From a virus: 64,000 bases of DNA. The notes under the pieces were generated by a model that worked only from the letters and a program-made list of their open reading frames with translations, searched no databases and was not told where the DNA came from. Positions within the stretch are counted from its first letter, which is position 1, and every line of letters starts with the position of its first letter. The stretch is taken from the IMG/VR virus record IMGVR_UViG_3300025732_000021, positions 57,868-121,867 of that record; one strand, given 5' to 3'. A program made the position numbers and the translations under genes. This document shows, one piece after another, positions 1-9,249 of this stretch.

Positions 1-812
1 TTTATAGCAGTACAATTTGTAAAAGTTTGTAATTCTTTCTCTTTATCAGTATATGGAATATGTGCAGTCCATGCTCTATTATTTGGAAGGTATTCAGCAG
101 TAGAAATAAATTTTTCTTTCATAAAATTACCCAAAAGGATACTTTTAAATCCAGAACAATCTATAAATAAGTCAGCATAAACTTTAGTGCCATTGTCTAA
201 AAGTATAGATGTTATACCATTTTCATTTCCATCAATATCAGTAACTGTACCAAATATTCTATTTACACCCCTGGGGATAGCATAATATTCTGCAAGCCAG
301 TTACCAAGTTTAGTAGCATCCATCTGCAATGCTAAATCCCTATGAGGCTGATATGGATTCATTGAGTCTATATGATCAATTACAAGTTTGTTTGTTTCCA
401 TGCTTTTAGCCTGCGGGAAAAAATATCTTACATAATCTTGATCTTCTGTTTTTGGATAAAATGCTTTTTTATAATGCCAATCATCAAGTCCATAATGTGT
501 TATTTCTGGGTCTAAATTGGGGTGTCCAAACGGATAATAAAATGTTGGCGAATCTTTAGTTTTAAAGTTAGTAAAACCTATTGCCACTTTATAGGCAGCA
601 TTTGTATATTTCATAATGCTTGAATAGTCTAAATCTAAAAAATTAAAAAATCCATTTATTTCAAATGTAGTACTTTCTCCTACACCAATAATTGGAATAT
701 CTGTGCTTTCAATTAAAGAAATATTTTTTTCTGGGTATGCTTTTATTAGTGCAGATGCAGTCATCCATCCAGCAGAACCCCCGCCAACTATTACTATTTT
801 ATTAATTTGCAT
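1..812 (-). CDS. Flavin-dependent tryptophan halogenase family protein, N-terminal part (runs off the window; absent from ORF track)
   Basis: Manual translation from ATG at 812: MQINKIVIVGGGSAGWMTASALIKAYPEKNISLIESTDIPIIGVGESTT..., with GxGxxG FAD motif, GVGES motif and AAYKVAIGF (catalytic Lys region). Confidence 0.9.
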   Translation of the reverse strand, partial: MQINKIVIVGGGSAGWMTASALIKAYPEKNISLIESTDIPIIGVGESTTFEINGFFNFLDLDYSSIMKYTNAAYKVAIGFTNFKTKDSPTFYYPFGHPNLDPEITHYGLDDWHYKKAFYPKTEDQDYVRYFFPQAKSMETNKLVIDHIDSMNPYQPHRDLALQMDATKLGNWLAEYYAIPRGVNRIFGTVTDIDGNENGITSILLDNGTKVYADLFIDCSGFKSILLGNFMKEKFISTAEYLPNNRAWTAHIPYTDKEKELQTFTNCTAI

Positions 813-1164
813 CTGGCTTCATACTTTCTAAGTTATCAAAAGCCTTTTTAATTCTAAGAACAGATAAATCATTTGGAGACGATGACTCTTGATCTAAAAT
901 TTTAGCAAATGTAATTAATTCTTTTTGTAAATCTTCAATATACTTATACGCCATATCTCTTGTTTCAGTTAAAAATGCTATTAGATGTTCTTGTTCAATA
1001 TTTTCTGAATTATTTTCTATTTTTTCTTTAATACTGTTTATATCTATGGCAGATTGTGTTAACAAAAACATTAACTCTATATTTTTATTTTTTAATCTTA
1101 TGTTTTCTATAACTGCGCCAACAATAACTATAACAACTAAAATAAAAACTAATAAATCAAGCAT
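802..1164 (-). CDS. Hypothetical protein, N-terminal TM anchor plus coiled coil
   Basis: Hydrophobic N-terminus LLVFILVVIVIVGAVI; overlaps both neighbours. Confidence 0.7.
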   Translation of the reverse strand: MLDLLVFILVVIVIVGAVIENIRLKNKNIELMFLLTQSAIDINSIKEKIENNSENIEQEHLIAFLTETRDMAYKYIEDLQKELITFAKILDQESSSPNDLSVLRIKKAFDNLESMKPDAN

Positions 1165-1654
1165 ATTTATCCTCGTGTGTTGGCCAATAATACTTACAAG
1201 GTTCTTTACGATTTGGACAGCAAGGTGAGTTATTTATGCTATAAATAGCGTGTTGAAATTTTGCATAATAAAGAGGATCTTTTTTAAATAAATTTGCTTT
1301 GTGTGTGGTAATAACAAGCATTAATTTATTTTTATCTATAAACCATTTAGGTTTATTTTTACCCCAAATTTTAGAAAATCTTGTTTTTAATAATTTCATA
1401 TTTTCTTGATTTTTATCAACTTTTATATTTCTAGACTTTGCTTCTTTAATCATTGCATAAACGTATTCATTAAGCATCCATTCGCTGCCTTTCCACATAA
1501 GTACGGCAGGATGATTGCGCCAACCACCAGTAGGTGAGTTTCCAGAGAGCACATTTAGTATTTGGTAGCCTTCTAATATTTGCTTATTTAATCTTTTAGA
1601 ATCAAGCATTTTTGCACAGATATTAAAATCTGATGATGGTAGAAATGTTTGCAT
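1157..1654 (-). CDS. Pyrimidine dimer DNA glycosylase (DenV / MSMEG_6728-like)
   Basis: MQTFLP...LDSKRLNKQILEGYQIL...GWRNHPAVLMWKG...THKANL..KDP family motifs. Confidence 0.85.
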   Translation of the reverse strand: MQTFLPSSDFNICAKMLDSKRLNKQILEGYQILNVLSGNSPTGGWRNHPAVLMWKGSEWMLNEYVYAMIKEAKSRNIKVDKNQENMKLLKTRFSKIWGKNKPKWFIDKNKLMLVITTHKANLFKKDPLYYAKFQHAIYSINNSPCCPNRKEPCKYYWPTHEDKYA

Positions 1655-1788
1655 TATAGATCTTCCTCGTCTTCTATATCTCCAAATATATCAAAGTCTT
1701 CAATTTTTGTCAACTGCCTAACCCAAAATGTTAATATTGTTGATAAGGTTATTATTCCAATAATGCCAAAAATAAATTTATTTTTCAT
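1654..1788 (-). CDS. Small membrane protein, 44 aa (not in ORF track)
   Basis: MKNKFIFGIIGIITLSTILTFWVRQLTKIEDFDIFGDIEDEEDL*; ATGA overlap upstream and TAATG overlap downstream fill the gap exactly. Confidence 0.7.
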   Translation of the reverse strand: MKNKFIFGIIGIITLSTILTFWVRQLTKIEDFDIFGDIEDEEDL

Positions 1789-2021
1789 TTTCCGCCTTCT
1801 CTTACTAATAAGACAATGGCACCATTATCTTCTAATGCTTTTTTTACTCTTACCATATATTCTACAGCACGACGCTTGTCTTCGTCAAGTAACGACATAA
1901 AAGATTTTTCTGATGCTTTAACAGTAATAAAATTATCATTATCTATAAGTTCTAAACTAAAACCTTTAGGACAAAAATGGTTTAATGACCTAAAAGCCCT
2001 ACGCATTCCATCTGTATACAT
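1785..2021 (-). CDS. Hypothetical protein
   Basis: 78 aa ORF tightly packed in the operon. Confidence 0.7.
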   Translation of the reverse strand: MYTDGMRRAFRSLNHFCPKGFSLELIDNDNFITVKASEKSFMSLLDEDKRRAVEYMVRVKKALEDNGAIVLLVREGGK

Positions 2022-2324
2022 TTATGACAAAAGGTCTTCTGATTGTTTTGGCGCTGTAATAATAATAGCCTTAGAACCTTCCCAACGAACTCTTCCCTTA
2101 CATCCAACATTCCATTTTGTCTCACCGTTATGCTGATTCACAATATCATAAACATATCCATGAATTTCAAATCCACTTGCTAAATTTTCAACTCCATTAA
2201 TAAAAATTCTCCATACCAAAGGATCTTCTGGTTGTGCCTTTGTATTAAACCTTACAGTAATTTCATCATATGGTCTAATCCAACGGTCTTTTACTATTTC
2301 CCAAATATATTTAATTTTATTCAT
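2022..2324 (-). CDS. Hypothetical protein
   Basis: 100 aa ORF with ATGA coupling to the upstream gene. Confidence 0.7.
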   Translation of the reverse strand: MNKIKYIWEIVKDRWIRPYDEITVRFNTKAQPEDPLVWRIFINGVENLASGFEIHGYVYDIVNQHNGETKWNVGCKGRVRWEGSKAIIITAPKQSEDLLS

Positions 2325-3082
2325 ATTCCCATTTCCTTACGTTTTTGTGTCGCAGAAATAGCCTGTATTTCTGGAGCAAGTTCAATCTGTTCAATTTTAT
2401 ATCCTACATCACGACCATAAACTATGTTAGTAATATTTGGCAAACGTAGCACCATTGCCCCATCCATAAACTCATCTTTTGAAATATATTCTTTAACTTG
2501 ATCAAATTTAAGCGGATCTTTTGGACTTGTGTTATATGTATTGCGTACCCCAAGAAGCACTTGTTTTGTTCTTTTCCCAGCCTCTTCATACAAAGCATGA
2601 TGGCCTTCATGCCAAGGCTGATATCTACCAAGCATTAATGTTGTAGGTGCTGACCAATCGTGTAAATTAAATTGATTAATGATTACCGATGCTTTTTCAT
2701 TGGCATCCCATTCATGACTAATAAATGCCATATCAAAGTTAGATGGCACTTCAAACATTTTATTAGTATCTTCAAATCTACCAGCCTCAATTGTTTCCAT
2801 ATAAACTAAAATATCTGGCTTACCAAATGCTGCACGAGTTAATTCTGTAGGACAAACAAAATCAACTACTACTGGTGCAACCCCTTGTTTTGCAATAAGA
2901 CGAGCCATCTCACCCATTCGTCTTGCCTGCTCAATCCTATCTTCATGGCTAAAGCCAAGGTCAGAATTTACGGTAGCACGAACCTCATCCGCATTAAGAT
3001 GAATAGCATTAATTCGTTCTTTTAATGCTTTTGCTAACTCTGTCTTACCAGAACCTGGTAATCCTATAATTTGTATAATCAT
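2321..3082 (-). CDS. Adenylylsulfate-kinase-like P-loop domain fused to an HxGH cytidylyltransferase-superfamily domain
   Basis: GLPGSGKT P-loop, LNADEVR, DLGFSHEDR (CysC-like); C-terminal GRYQPWHEGH and ISATQKR. Confidence 0.85.
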   Translation of the reverse strand: MIIQIIGLPGSGKTELAKALKERINAIHLNADEVRATVNSDLGFSHEDRIEQARRMGEMARLIAKQGVAPVVVDFVCPTELTRAAFGKPDILVYMETIEAGRFEDTNKMFEVPSNFDMAFISHEWDANEKASVIINQFNLHDWSAPTTLMLGRYQPWHEGHHALYEEAGKRTKQVLLGVRNTYNTSPKDPLKFDQVKEYISKDEFMDGAMVLRLPNITNIVYGRDVGYKIEQIELAPEIQAISATQKRKEMGI

Positions 3083-3285
3083 TCAAAATCCCTCTGACTT
3101 TCAAAAATTTTATTTATATCATCTTCAATTATATCAAATGATCTATTATCATGATTTTTACATACAGGATGTATTGAGTAACCATCTGCAATTATTGTTA
3201 TTGCAAAACCATCACAGTAATAACATTTAGACATAATTTTTTTATTTTTTTGTCTTAAAAATTCTAAATATTCTTTATTGTTCAT
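3079..3285 (-). CDS. Small Zn-finger-like protein
   Basis: CYYC...CKNH. Confidence 0.6.
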   Translation of the reverse strand: MNNKEYLEFLRQKNKKIMSKCYYCDGFAITIIADGYSIHPVCKNHDNRSFDIIEDDINKIFESQRDFE

Positions 3286-3287
3286 TT

Positions 3288-3728
3288 TTATACTCTTCCA
3301 ATATGATCACTACAGATTCCAGCCATCTGCATATTTAAAACATCTGCGGTTGGCATTTCTTGATGAACCAAAATACTTTTTGGTGTAACTGGCATACCAG
3401 GGTATGTCCATATATAATGATTAGTAGTTATTGTAAAATCATCTTCTTGGTGCCAAAACGCATTATAATATTTTGGCATTGATAAAACTAAATCTAAGGC
3501 TTCTAAATTTTTACAATGAATCCATAACTTTTTAATATAAGAATTTAAAAAATATATGTCGATCTCATATGTTGGTTTATCATGTCCTAAATACATTTTA
3601 TTATTTACAAACCAAAAATCTATTTCAACATTGTATCCAGCATTTATAGCCTCAGCAATATAATCTGGGGAGTTTTCTCTTGATTCATTTTTACCATATA
3701 GATTACCCCTATGTGATATTTTAATCAT
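3288..3728 (-). CDS. Minimal glycerophosphodiester phosphodiesterase (GDPD/PLC-like) protein
   Basis: ISHRGN, ENSP, VEID, LGHD, WIHCKN, GICSD motifs; this short form is typical of polysaccharide loci. Confidence 0.8.
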   Translation of the reverse strand: MIKISHRGNLYGKNESRENSPDYIAEAINAGYNVEIDFWFVNNKMYLGHDKPTYEIDIYFLNSYIKKLWIHCKNLEALDLVLSMPKYYNAFWHQEDDFTITTNHYIWTYPGMPVTPKSILVHQEMPTADVLNMQMAGICSDHIGRV

Positions 3729-4926
3729 TAACAATTCCCCACTTTTCTATAGCAGAAATATATTCTGGACCATAGGACTTATCTATAGCCTGCCTCATGG
3801 CCATAGTGCCCCCTAAAGTGCCACCAGAATGCCCGTGGATGGCTCCTCCTACGTTTGCCATATAGTTTATACCAAACCTTCTGCTTATAGCCTCTACAAG
3901 GCCAGGATGCATTCCGCAACTTAGCGCTGGCACAACATTATTATCATTTAATAAATCTATAGATCTTTTTAAATTATCTTCGTCATCACTTAAATACCCA
4001 CCCCACATACCAGTATGTATCGTATCTACTCCCATTAATGCTGCTAACTTACAAATAACATACCAATCAATTCTAAAATTATGACTAGGATTTGTTAATA
4101 TCTTATCCCCGCTTTTTTGAAAATGCATATATATTGGAAGATCCATTTTTCGTATAGAGTTATATGCTCCAAATCCGCTCCAGAAGTTTACATGTACACC
4201 ATTACCACCATTTTCATATACTGTTTTTACTCTATTTAAAATAGCATGTGGATCAGCATTAATACAATGAGCAAAAACTACCTTTCTTCCAGAATCTGCG
4301 ATAATGTTAGCAATGTGCTCAACTCTTTCTTCTAGCCTACAAAATGTTGGGTTAGATAATATTTCATCTTCTTTAATAAAATCAACGCCACCATCAATTA
4401 ACTCTTTAACTATATATCCTAGTTGTTTAACTGATATTCCAGTTTTAGGTTTTACAATACCGCCTAACAATGGCTTATTTTTTTGTCCAGTTAACTCTCT
4501 TATTCCAGACATACCAAACTTAGGGCCAAGAAAACTCTTTTTTACACTTTCTGGAAATTCAACATCTACCACTCTACATACTTTAAATACATCAATGTCT
4601 AATTGTCCACCCATAATCTGACATAAGAAATGCGAAATACCATCGTTATCCCAATCTGAATTTATTTTTGGAAAACCAATTTTAACAAAACCATTTAGTG
4701 CTAATTTTAATTTTTCTTCATCATCATAAATAACACATGATGACATTTCAAATATATCATCAGTTTCCCAACTATTTCTTTGTTTTGGATTACCAACACT
4801 TTGTCCAATAGCAAGCGCCCATGCAGCATCATTTAATCTACCATGTGAAGGATTGACTTCTATATAATATGTTACAACTATACATCTTTGTTTTTCAGAG
4901 TCGTCTAAGTCTCTATAAAACTTCAT
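3721..4926 (-). CDS. RuBisCO-like protein (form IV type, non-carboxylating)
   Basis: GPKFG, GGIVKPKTGIS, GGVDFIKEDE, GVDTIHTG, PALSCGMHPG, GGAIHGH; loop-6 Lys absent. Confidence 0.93.
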   Translation of the reverse strand: MKFYRDLDDSEKQRCIVVTYYIEVNPSHGRLNDAAWALAIGQSVGNPKQRNSWETDDIFEMSSCVIYDDEEKLKLALNGFVKIGFPKINSDWDNDGISHFLCQIMGGQLDIDVFKVCRVVDVEFPESVKKSFLGPKFGMSGIRELTGQKNKPLLGGIVKPKTGISVKQLGYIVKELIDGGVDFIKEDEILSNPTFCRLEERVEHIANIIADSGRKVVFAHCINADPHAILNRVKTVYENGGNGVHVNFWSGFGAYNSIRKMDLPIYMHFQKSGDKILTNPSHNFRIDWYVICKLAALMGVDTIHTGMWGGYLSDDEDNLKRSIDLLNDNNVVPALSCGMHPGLVEAISRRFGINYMANVGGAIHGHSGGTLGGTMAMRQAIDKSYGPEYISAIEKWGIVND

Positions 4927-5236
4927 ACTTATCTCCTATAATAGATGGAACTTTTACTACTAAAACTGAACAATCTTCTAAAAATATTGGATCTGCTATA
5001 TCTCCTGGATTAAAAACAAAAACGTCTCCAGATTTTAATTCTTTTCCTTGTATTATCATTCTACCAGATACAAGAACATTATATTCTGTTGCAACCTCAT
5101 GGTAATGTTTTGGCCACATTTCTCCAGCCTTATGAGTTAACAAACCAACCTCAAATTTATCTGTTTTTAATAAAGACGGATCAAAGTTTCCTATAATCCA
5201 TCCTCTGGTAAAGTCTTCTATTCTTCTAATTTCCAT
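4913..5236 (-). CDS. Cupin (RmlC-like) protein
   Basis: GWIIGNFDP, HYHEVATEYN cupin metal motif, VVKVPS. Confidence 0.8.
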   Translation of the reverse strand: MEIRRIEDFTRGWIIGNFDPSLLKTDKFEVGLLTHKAGEMWPKHYHEVATEYNVLVSGRMIIQGKELKSGDVFVFNPGDIADPIFLEDCSVLVVKVPSIIGDKYEVL

Positions 5237-5946
5237 AGTTTCTCCATATATAGTTCTAAATCAGAAGGTACTCCAACAGCATTATGTTGAAAAGAAGGTA
5301 TGTGATAAATTCCAATTTTTTTACCATCTTTAATCATTGAATTATAAGTAGGTCCTACATAAAATTCTCCATTATATCTTTCGTTATTTAATATCATTTT
5401 GCTTGCACTATCAACAAAATCTTTTCCATGTTTCCAATAATGTATTCCATTTAATGATATATCACTTATAATTTCTTTTTCTTTTATTTCTAAAACTAAT
5501 CCATTTTTATTTATTTTAGCATAACTATTTTTATCTGTATTTGCGGTATAAGTTACAATCATTCCATCATATTTTGAATTACGTGCTACCTGTAAAAATA
5601 AATCAGAATCCCACCACATTATTTGATCAGAGTTAGCAATTATGAGTTCTTCATCATTATTGATAAAATCTTTTGCCATCAAGCATGTTTCTGCTGGTCC
5701 ATTTGTTAATTTATCAATCTTAATAATATTACATGTTGGCTCAATGTTTTTTAATGTTGAATATAATTCATCAAAAAATATGTTATCTCTAACTACAAAA
5801 TTATACTTTCCTTTTATAGATAAAGAATTTATGGCATGCTGTATCATAGAAATTCCATTTATTTTTATTAATGGCTTAGTTGTTTTATATATGTCTACTG
5901 GAAACCTACTACCAAGTCCAGCAATTGGAATAAGTATATTAGTCAT
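5218..5946 (-). CDS. Sugar-phosphate nucleotidyltransferase, BcbE-like
   Basis: ILIPIAGLGSRF, KPLI, GPAETC, IANSDQ, EK, NGEFYVGP.YN, GVPSDL. Confidence 0.85.
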   Translation of the reverse strand: MTNILIPIAGLGSRFPVDIYKTTKPLIKINGISMIQHAINSLSIKGKYNFVVRDNIFFDELYSTLKNIEPTCNIIKIDKLTNGPAETCLMAKDFINNDEELIIANSDQIMWWDSDLFLQVARNSKYDGMIVTYTANTDKNSYAKINKNGLVLEIKEKEIISDISLNGIHYWKHGKDFVDSASKMILNNERYNGEFYVGPTYNSMIKDGKKIGIYHIPSFQHNAVGVPSDLELYMEKLWKLEE

Positions 5947-6901
5947 ATATTTTTATAAACCTTTCAAGTTCTTTTTCTATTTTATCATATTTTCTAGTGA
6001 CATTTGGTACTGATACATATATTTTTTCAGAAAATAAAGAAGATATTAGATAAAAATGAAAATGAAATTCTATATTCTGTTTAAGTAATTGTGTTGTACT
6101 TAACTCTATAATGGTTGTATTTTTTCTCATAAAAAGCAAATTAGTGAGTCCTGATCCAGATAATGAAACTATAATTTTTGCTTTATCAAAATATTTTATT
6201 TGATCTTCAATGCTATTAAACATTTCTGGGGTACATATTTCAAATCCATTGGCTCTTAATAAATTCTCTAAATATTCTTCATTATCAATTCTTAAATCAT
6301 CTTTAAATTCTAATTTATCTATTTCTTCTTGTGACATTTGGTGTAATTGTGTTGCCATCATGTTTTGTTTTTTTTGTCTAGAAACATATATTTTTTTGTC
6401 ATTAGATATAGAAAGATCTCGATATCCTTCAACCATCTCATCAAGACAGCGAATAAATTCTCCACATAACTCTGTCTCTTCGTAATAATAAAAATTTCTA
6501 ACTATTGGGGGATAAATAGAATGTGTTTGCACAACGCTATACGGAATACCATATTTTCTTAATACATTTATTACAAATAATCCACTATTATGAAAAATAT
6601 CTTTTTCTTTGCTTGGATGTAATAGTATTACCTCAATGTTTTTATCTTGTTTATATTCATATAAAATTGGACCAAGTACGTGAAAAAATATATGAAAAAA
6701 TGCTGACTCAAATCTAACGACTATCCTTTTTCTATTAGTATCATCTAAAAAGTGATCTCCGTTATTATGTTGATTAAATGTATAGCCCTTAAATTCTTCA
6801 TGAGTTATCTTAGTAATAATTGGCATAGAAGCATTAAATCCATCTTCAATTTTAAATAAGCCATCATAATATATTGGCTTTCTTGGTTCCATTCTTATCA
6901 T
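5939..6901 (-). CDS. Glycosyltransferase family 61 (DUF563-like)
   Basis: FFH, KIYVSR, RIDNEE, PE..SIEDQI.YF, SGSGLTNLLFM, IIEL. Confidence 0.8.
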   Translation of the reverse strand: MIRMEPRKPIYYDGLFKIEDGFNASMPIITKITHEEFKGYTFNQHNNGDHFLDDTNRKRIVVRFESAFFHIFFHVLGPILYEYKQDKNIEVILLHPSKEKDIFHNSGLFVINVLRKYGIPYSVVQTHSIYPPIVRNFYYYEETELCGEFIRCLDEMVEGYRDLSISNDKKIYVSRQKKQNMMATQLHQMSQEEIDKLEFKDDLRIDNEEYLENLLRANGFEICTPEMFNSIEDQIKYFDKAKIIVSLSGSGLTNLLFMRKNTTIIELSTTQLLKQNIEFHFHFYLISSLFSEKIYVSVPNVTRKYDKIEKELERFIKIYD

Positions 6902-7827
6902 AAATACTCCAAAAATTTTCTTTTTTCAAAATATTCTATTATATGCTCTGATTTTCTTTCATGTGGAATAGTAATAAGATTATGTTTTTTTGCCCAAGCA
7001 AAACCTTCATAAAATGGATGCACTTGTTGTGTTCCACCTATTAATACTGGGGTTTGCAATTCCACCACAATTTGTGATGGCTGCAAAAACATCATATTAG
7101 CCATGCCAGAACCAGATGGACATATCATTGCCTTTACACTGTCAAAATAAATAATTTGTTCTTCAAAACTTGCAAAATCTTCTGGATAAACTATGTCAAA
7201 ACCTTTTTGCTTAAAATATTCAATTAATACCTCTTCATCTTCTATCCTTAAATCATTTTTTATTCTAAAAGAATTTTGATCTTTTCCATTAAAAATACTA
7301 TTTTCTGCTTTTGGTGGAACTTTTGATCTTGCTAAATAGGCAACTTTATTAGGAGATTTAACTCTATTTATTTTAGTACTACAATAGTCATACACTTCTT
7401 TAAAAACAAAAGAAGAAAAAGGTATAACTGACATATATGTTGCATCTTTAACTACAATTGACTCTTCTTTTAAATAAACTAATTCATATTTAATTTTTTT
7501 ATCATCTAAAAGTTTTAAGATAAACTTAGCATGATTTATTTCTTTGTCTTCTTCACGATAATCTAATCCAAACATTATGACAAAATAAGCATCATTATTT
7601 ATTCTATGATAGTGTAAAATGTACTGAACCATATTAAAAAATGCATGTAAAAAATTTTTTTGCCATAAGACTAAATGAAGATCAGGTTTTTCAATTAGTC
7701 TTTCAGAAAATTCCTCATTATCTTCTAACTGTCCCATAATTGGCCATACATAACCTAATTTTGGAACACTTATTCTATGTAGTCCCTCTAGTTTATTTGG
7801 CTGCTTCCAATCTCCGTATACAAACAT
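6898..7827 (-). CDS. Glycosyltransferase family 61 (paralog of the adjacent gene)
   Basis: NFLH, AYLARS, LRIEDEE, PEDFASFEEQI.YF, SGSGMANMMFL, VVEL. Confidence 0.8.
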   Translation of the reverse strand: MFVYGDWKQPNKLEGLHRISVPKLGYVWPIMGQLEDNEEFSERLIEKPDLHLVLWQKNFLHAFFNMVQYILHYHRINNDAYFVIMFGLDYREEDKEINHAKFILKLLDDKKIKYELVYLKEESIVVKDATYMSVIPFSSFVFKEVYDYCSTKINRVKSPNKVAYLARSKVPPKAENSIFNGKDQNSFRIKNDLRIEDEEVLIEYFKQKGFDIVYPEDFASFEEQIIYFDSVKAMICPSGSGMANMMFLQPSQIVVELQTPVLIGGTQQVHPFYEGFAWAKKHNLITIPHERKSEHIIEYFEKRKFLEYL

Positions 7828-8112
7828 TTATTTTTCATTTGTCAGGATAGTCCAGACATTGCTCCAATCTTTTTCTGATCTATGGGAATTAAATTCTTTA
7901 GAAATATCACCATTTTCTAAATAAACTCCACCCCAAACTCCCCATTCTTTTTGAGAAACACCTACAGAAAAACAAGTTTTTAAGACTGGACAACTTAAAC
8001 ATAATTTGTCTATTGCTTCTCTAAAAGACTCAGATTCTTCATATTTATCAAAAAATATATTTGTGTCATATCCAAGGCAACTGGCATTATCTTTCCATTT
8101 TATTTTATGCAT
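7828..8112 (-). CDS. whiB: WhiB family Fe-S transcription factor
   Basis: W..NASC, CLSCPVLKTC, WGVWGG. Confidence 0.92.
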   Translation of the reverse strand: MHKIKWKDNASCLGYDTNIFFDKYEESESFREAIDKLCLSCPVLKTCFSVGVSQKEWGVWGGVYLENGDISKEFNSHRSEKDWSNVWTILTNEK

Positions 8113-8680
8113 TTTTTTCCACTACCTTTATCATTTTTTTACCCCATTTACTTTTTCGTGTGCTTTGCCATCGATCTAATTCTTTATCTTCAGGCCATTC
8201 ATGCACCCATTCTTCCATTCCAATGGAGTATGCTATATTTAGTGCCTCTTCTTTATTATTTGCAAGAACATCTAAATAATATTTATCTGAAAAAATTATT
8301 TCTGCCCTATATATTTTTTCTCCATTGCCGTAATTTTTTTTATTAACTATTCTAAATTTATATGTATCTATTTTGCCATGTGTTATTGTATAATTTGTTG
8401 AATTTAATAATAAAAATCCATCTCCAATATTTCCAACAACACCACTAACCACAAAAGAAAAAATATTATTATCCCAATAAGATATTCTTGTATTGTTTTC
8501 TTTTATTACTAAAACAAGTATATGTGGATCTAGAAAATTAAACGGCTCAGTATCTACATCAATTCCTTTTTCAATACATTTAGATTTAGCAGATGAAATT
8601 GCTGTATCAAAATCATCAGAATCTTCATTAAATATTTGAGGAAGAGTAATAACTGAACCTTTAAATATATTAAATTTCAT
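8105..8680 (-). CDS. Hypothetical protein
   Basis: 191 aa ORF in the operon. Confidence 0.65.
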   Translation of the reverse strand: MKFNIFKGSVITLPQIFNEDSDDFDTAISSAKSKCIEKGIDVDTEPFNFLDPHILVLVIKENNTRISYWDNNIFSFVVSGVVGNIGDGFLLLNSTNYTITHGKIDTYKFRIVNKKNYGNGEKIYRAEIIFSDKYYLDVLANNKEEALNIAYSIGMEEWVHEWPEDKELDRWQSTRKSKWGKKMIKVVEKNA

Positions 8681-8681
8681 A

Positions 8682-8888
8682 TTATGTCAGTTTTTCTGGT
8701 ATATACCAACCATCTCTGTTTAACTTAATTTTATTAACAATATACCATTTTCCATTAATAAACTTACCATTTTTAGAAGTTCTACCTTTGTCTGTTTTTG
8801 TTTTATGCATTACATCCCAGCCAGACCAAAACAGCGATCTATTATTTTTTACAATATTTTCCATTTGTTCTAATGACTTAATATACAT
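8682..8888 (-). CDS. Hypothetical protein
   Basis: 68 aa, Trp-rich; AAGGA SD upstream. Confidence 0.7.
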   Translation of the reverse strand: MYIKSLEQMENIVKNNRSLFWSGWDVMHKTKTDKGRTSKNGKFINGKWYIVNKIKLNRDGWYIPEKLT

Positions 8889-8898
8889 TTTTTATCCT

Positions 8899-9249
8899 TT
8901 AGTATTTAAAAATTCCAACTTCAATATTATTTAATTCTGCTTCTTTAACTAAATTACCTTTACCCTCATTTGGTGTTGCAAGGTAAGCAAAATAATCAAT
9001 AGAAGACATATTTTCAATAACCCATGAAGGTGGGGTATGTATTAACTTAATTTTAATTCCACGAGATTTCATACTTCTTTCTGAAATATTTACAAATTCC
9101 ATGGCCATAGAGTTTACCCTTGCAGGACCTACGCTATGTATATAAAAGTATTTGTCATCGTTTTTTAAACTAGTAAGAGCAACAGCAATAGCACGTAAAA
9201 AGACCTGGTAATCATTAAAACCATTAGTCCCTTGAACCACCACTATCAT
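8899..9249 (-). CDS. Hypothetical protein, possibly SLOG/YspA-like fold
   Basis: Start reassigned to MIVVVQGT after GAGG SD; V.G...F.DY pattern. Confidence 0.55.
   Translation of the reverse strand: MIVVVQGTNGFNDYQVFLRAIAVALTSLKNDDKYFYIHSVGPARVNSMAMEFVNISERSMKSRGIKIKLIHTPPSWVIENMSSIDYFAYLATPNEGKGNLVKEAELNNIEVGIFKY

Noticed and set aside
3721-4926. Bona fide CO2-fixing RuBisCO (rbcL) auxiliary gene
   Set aside because: K334, H294, E60 and N123 equivalents appear missing; no rbcS or prk; sugar-transfer context
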